In this document: piece after piece, positions 63,999-64,000 of the stretch | Layout of the letters: each line of letters starts with the position of its first letter | Position numbering within the stretch: position 1 is the first letter of the stretch | IMG/VR virus record: IMGVR_UViG_3300020190_000042 | Coordinates: 11,227 to 75,226 of that record | Source: a virus | Length of the DNA stretch: 64,000 nucleotides | Strand: one strand, 5' to 3' | Translations under genes and position numbers: made by a program | The notes under the pieces: generated by a model | Told to the model about the DNA's origin: nothing | Databases searched by the model: none | Seen by the model: the letters and a program-made list of their open reading frames with translations, nothing else

Positions 63999-64000
63999 TC

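Larger units (their letters stand above)
1..64000. mobile_element. Tailed dsDNA bacteriophage (probable cyanophage) genome segment; no host flank or att boundary visible
   Basis: Terminase, portal-like, major capsid, fibres, endolysin, PolA, primase-helicase, thyX and tRNAs, all densely packed; cyanobacteria-linked genes (NblA-like x2, DUF4278, NtcA box). Confidence 0.95.

Noticed and set aside
1-64000. Alternative genetic code or stop-codon readthrough
   Set aside because: Standard-code ORFs tile the window densely and core genes are full length

Overview
The whole 64 kb window reads as one continuous, gene-dense dsDNA tailed phage genome segment, most likely a cyanophage: two NblA-like proteins, a DUF4278 peptide with an NtcA box, cyanobacterial-type HNH/HTH/integrase genes, and no host housekeeping genes. 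Layout: (1) 0.1-12.3 kb replication module (family A DNA polymerase, SSB-like, PD-(D/E)XK exonuclease, primase-SF3 helicase), then thyX; (2) 13-19 kb lysis and accessory genes (GH24+C39 endolysin, holin-like peptides, HNH, speD, exostosin-type glycosyltransferase); (3) 19-26 kb tail fibre/adhesin genes with a tyrosine recombinase inside; (4) 26-30 kb regulatory cluster; (5) 30-57 kb mostly minus-strand morphogenesis genes (virion muramidase, major capsid, scaffold-like, portal, terminase, pilot/ejection-like proteins) interleaved with glycosyltransferases and Dps; (6) 57-64 kb GT2, FkbM methyltransferase, dCMP deaminase, two tRNAs and small genes. No tape measure, tail tube or sheath gene is recognisable. 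Gene content recalls the S-EIV1-type freshwater cyanophages (from memory, not verified). Best candidates for new biology: a virion glycosylation system pairing about six glyco-enzymes with Ser-Gly-rich fibre proteins; a nitrogen-linked set (two NblA, NtcA-boxed DUF4278); several apparently catalytically dead HNH and methyltransferase homologues; and a recurring R-[MLIF]-A-G motif in small putative virion proteins. All assignments come from motif recognition by eye; no database searches were run.
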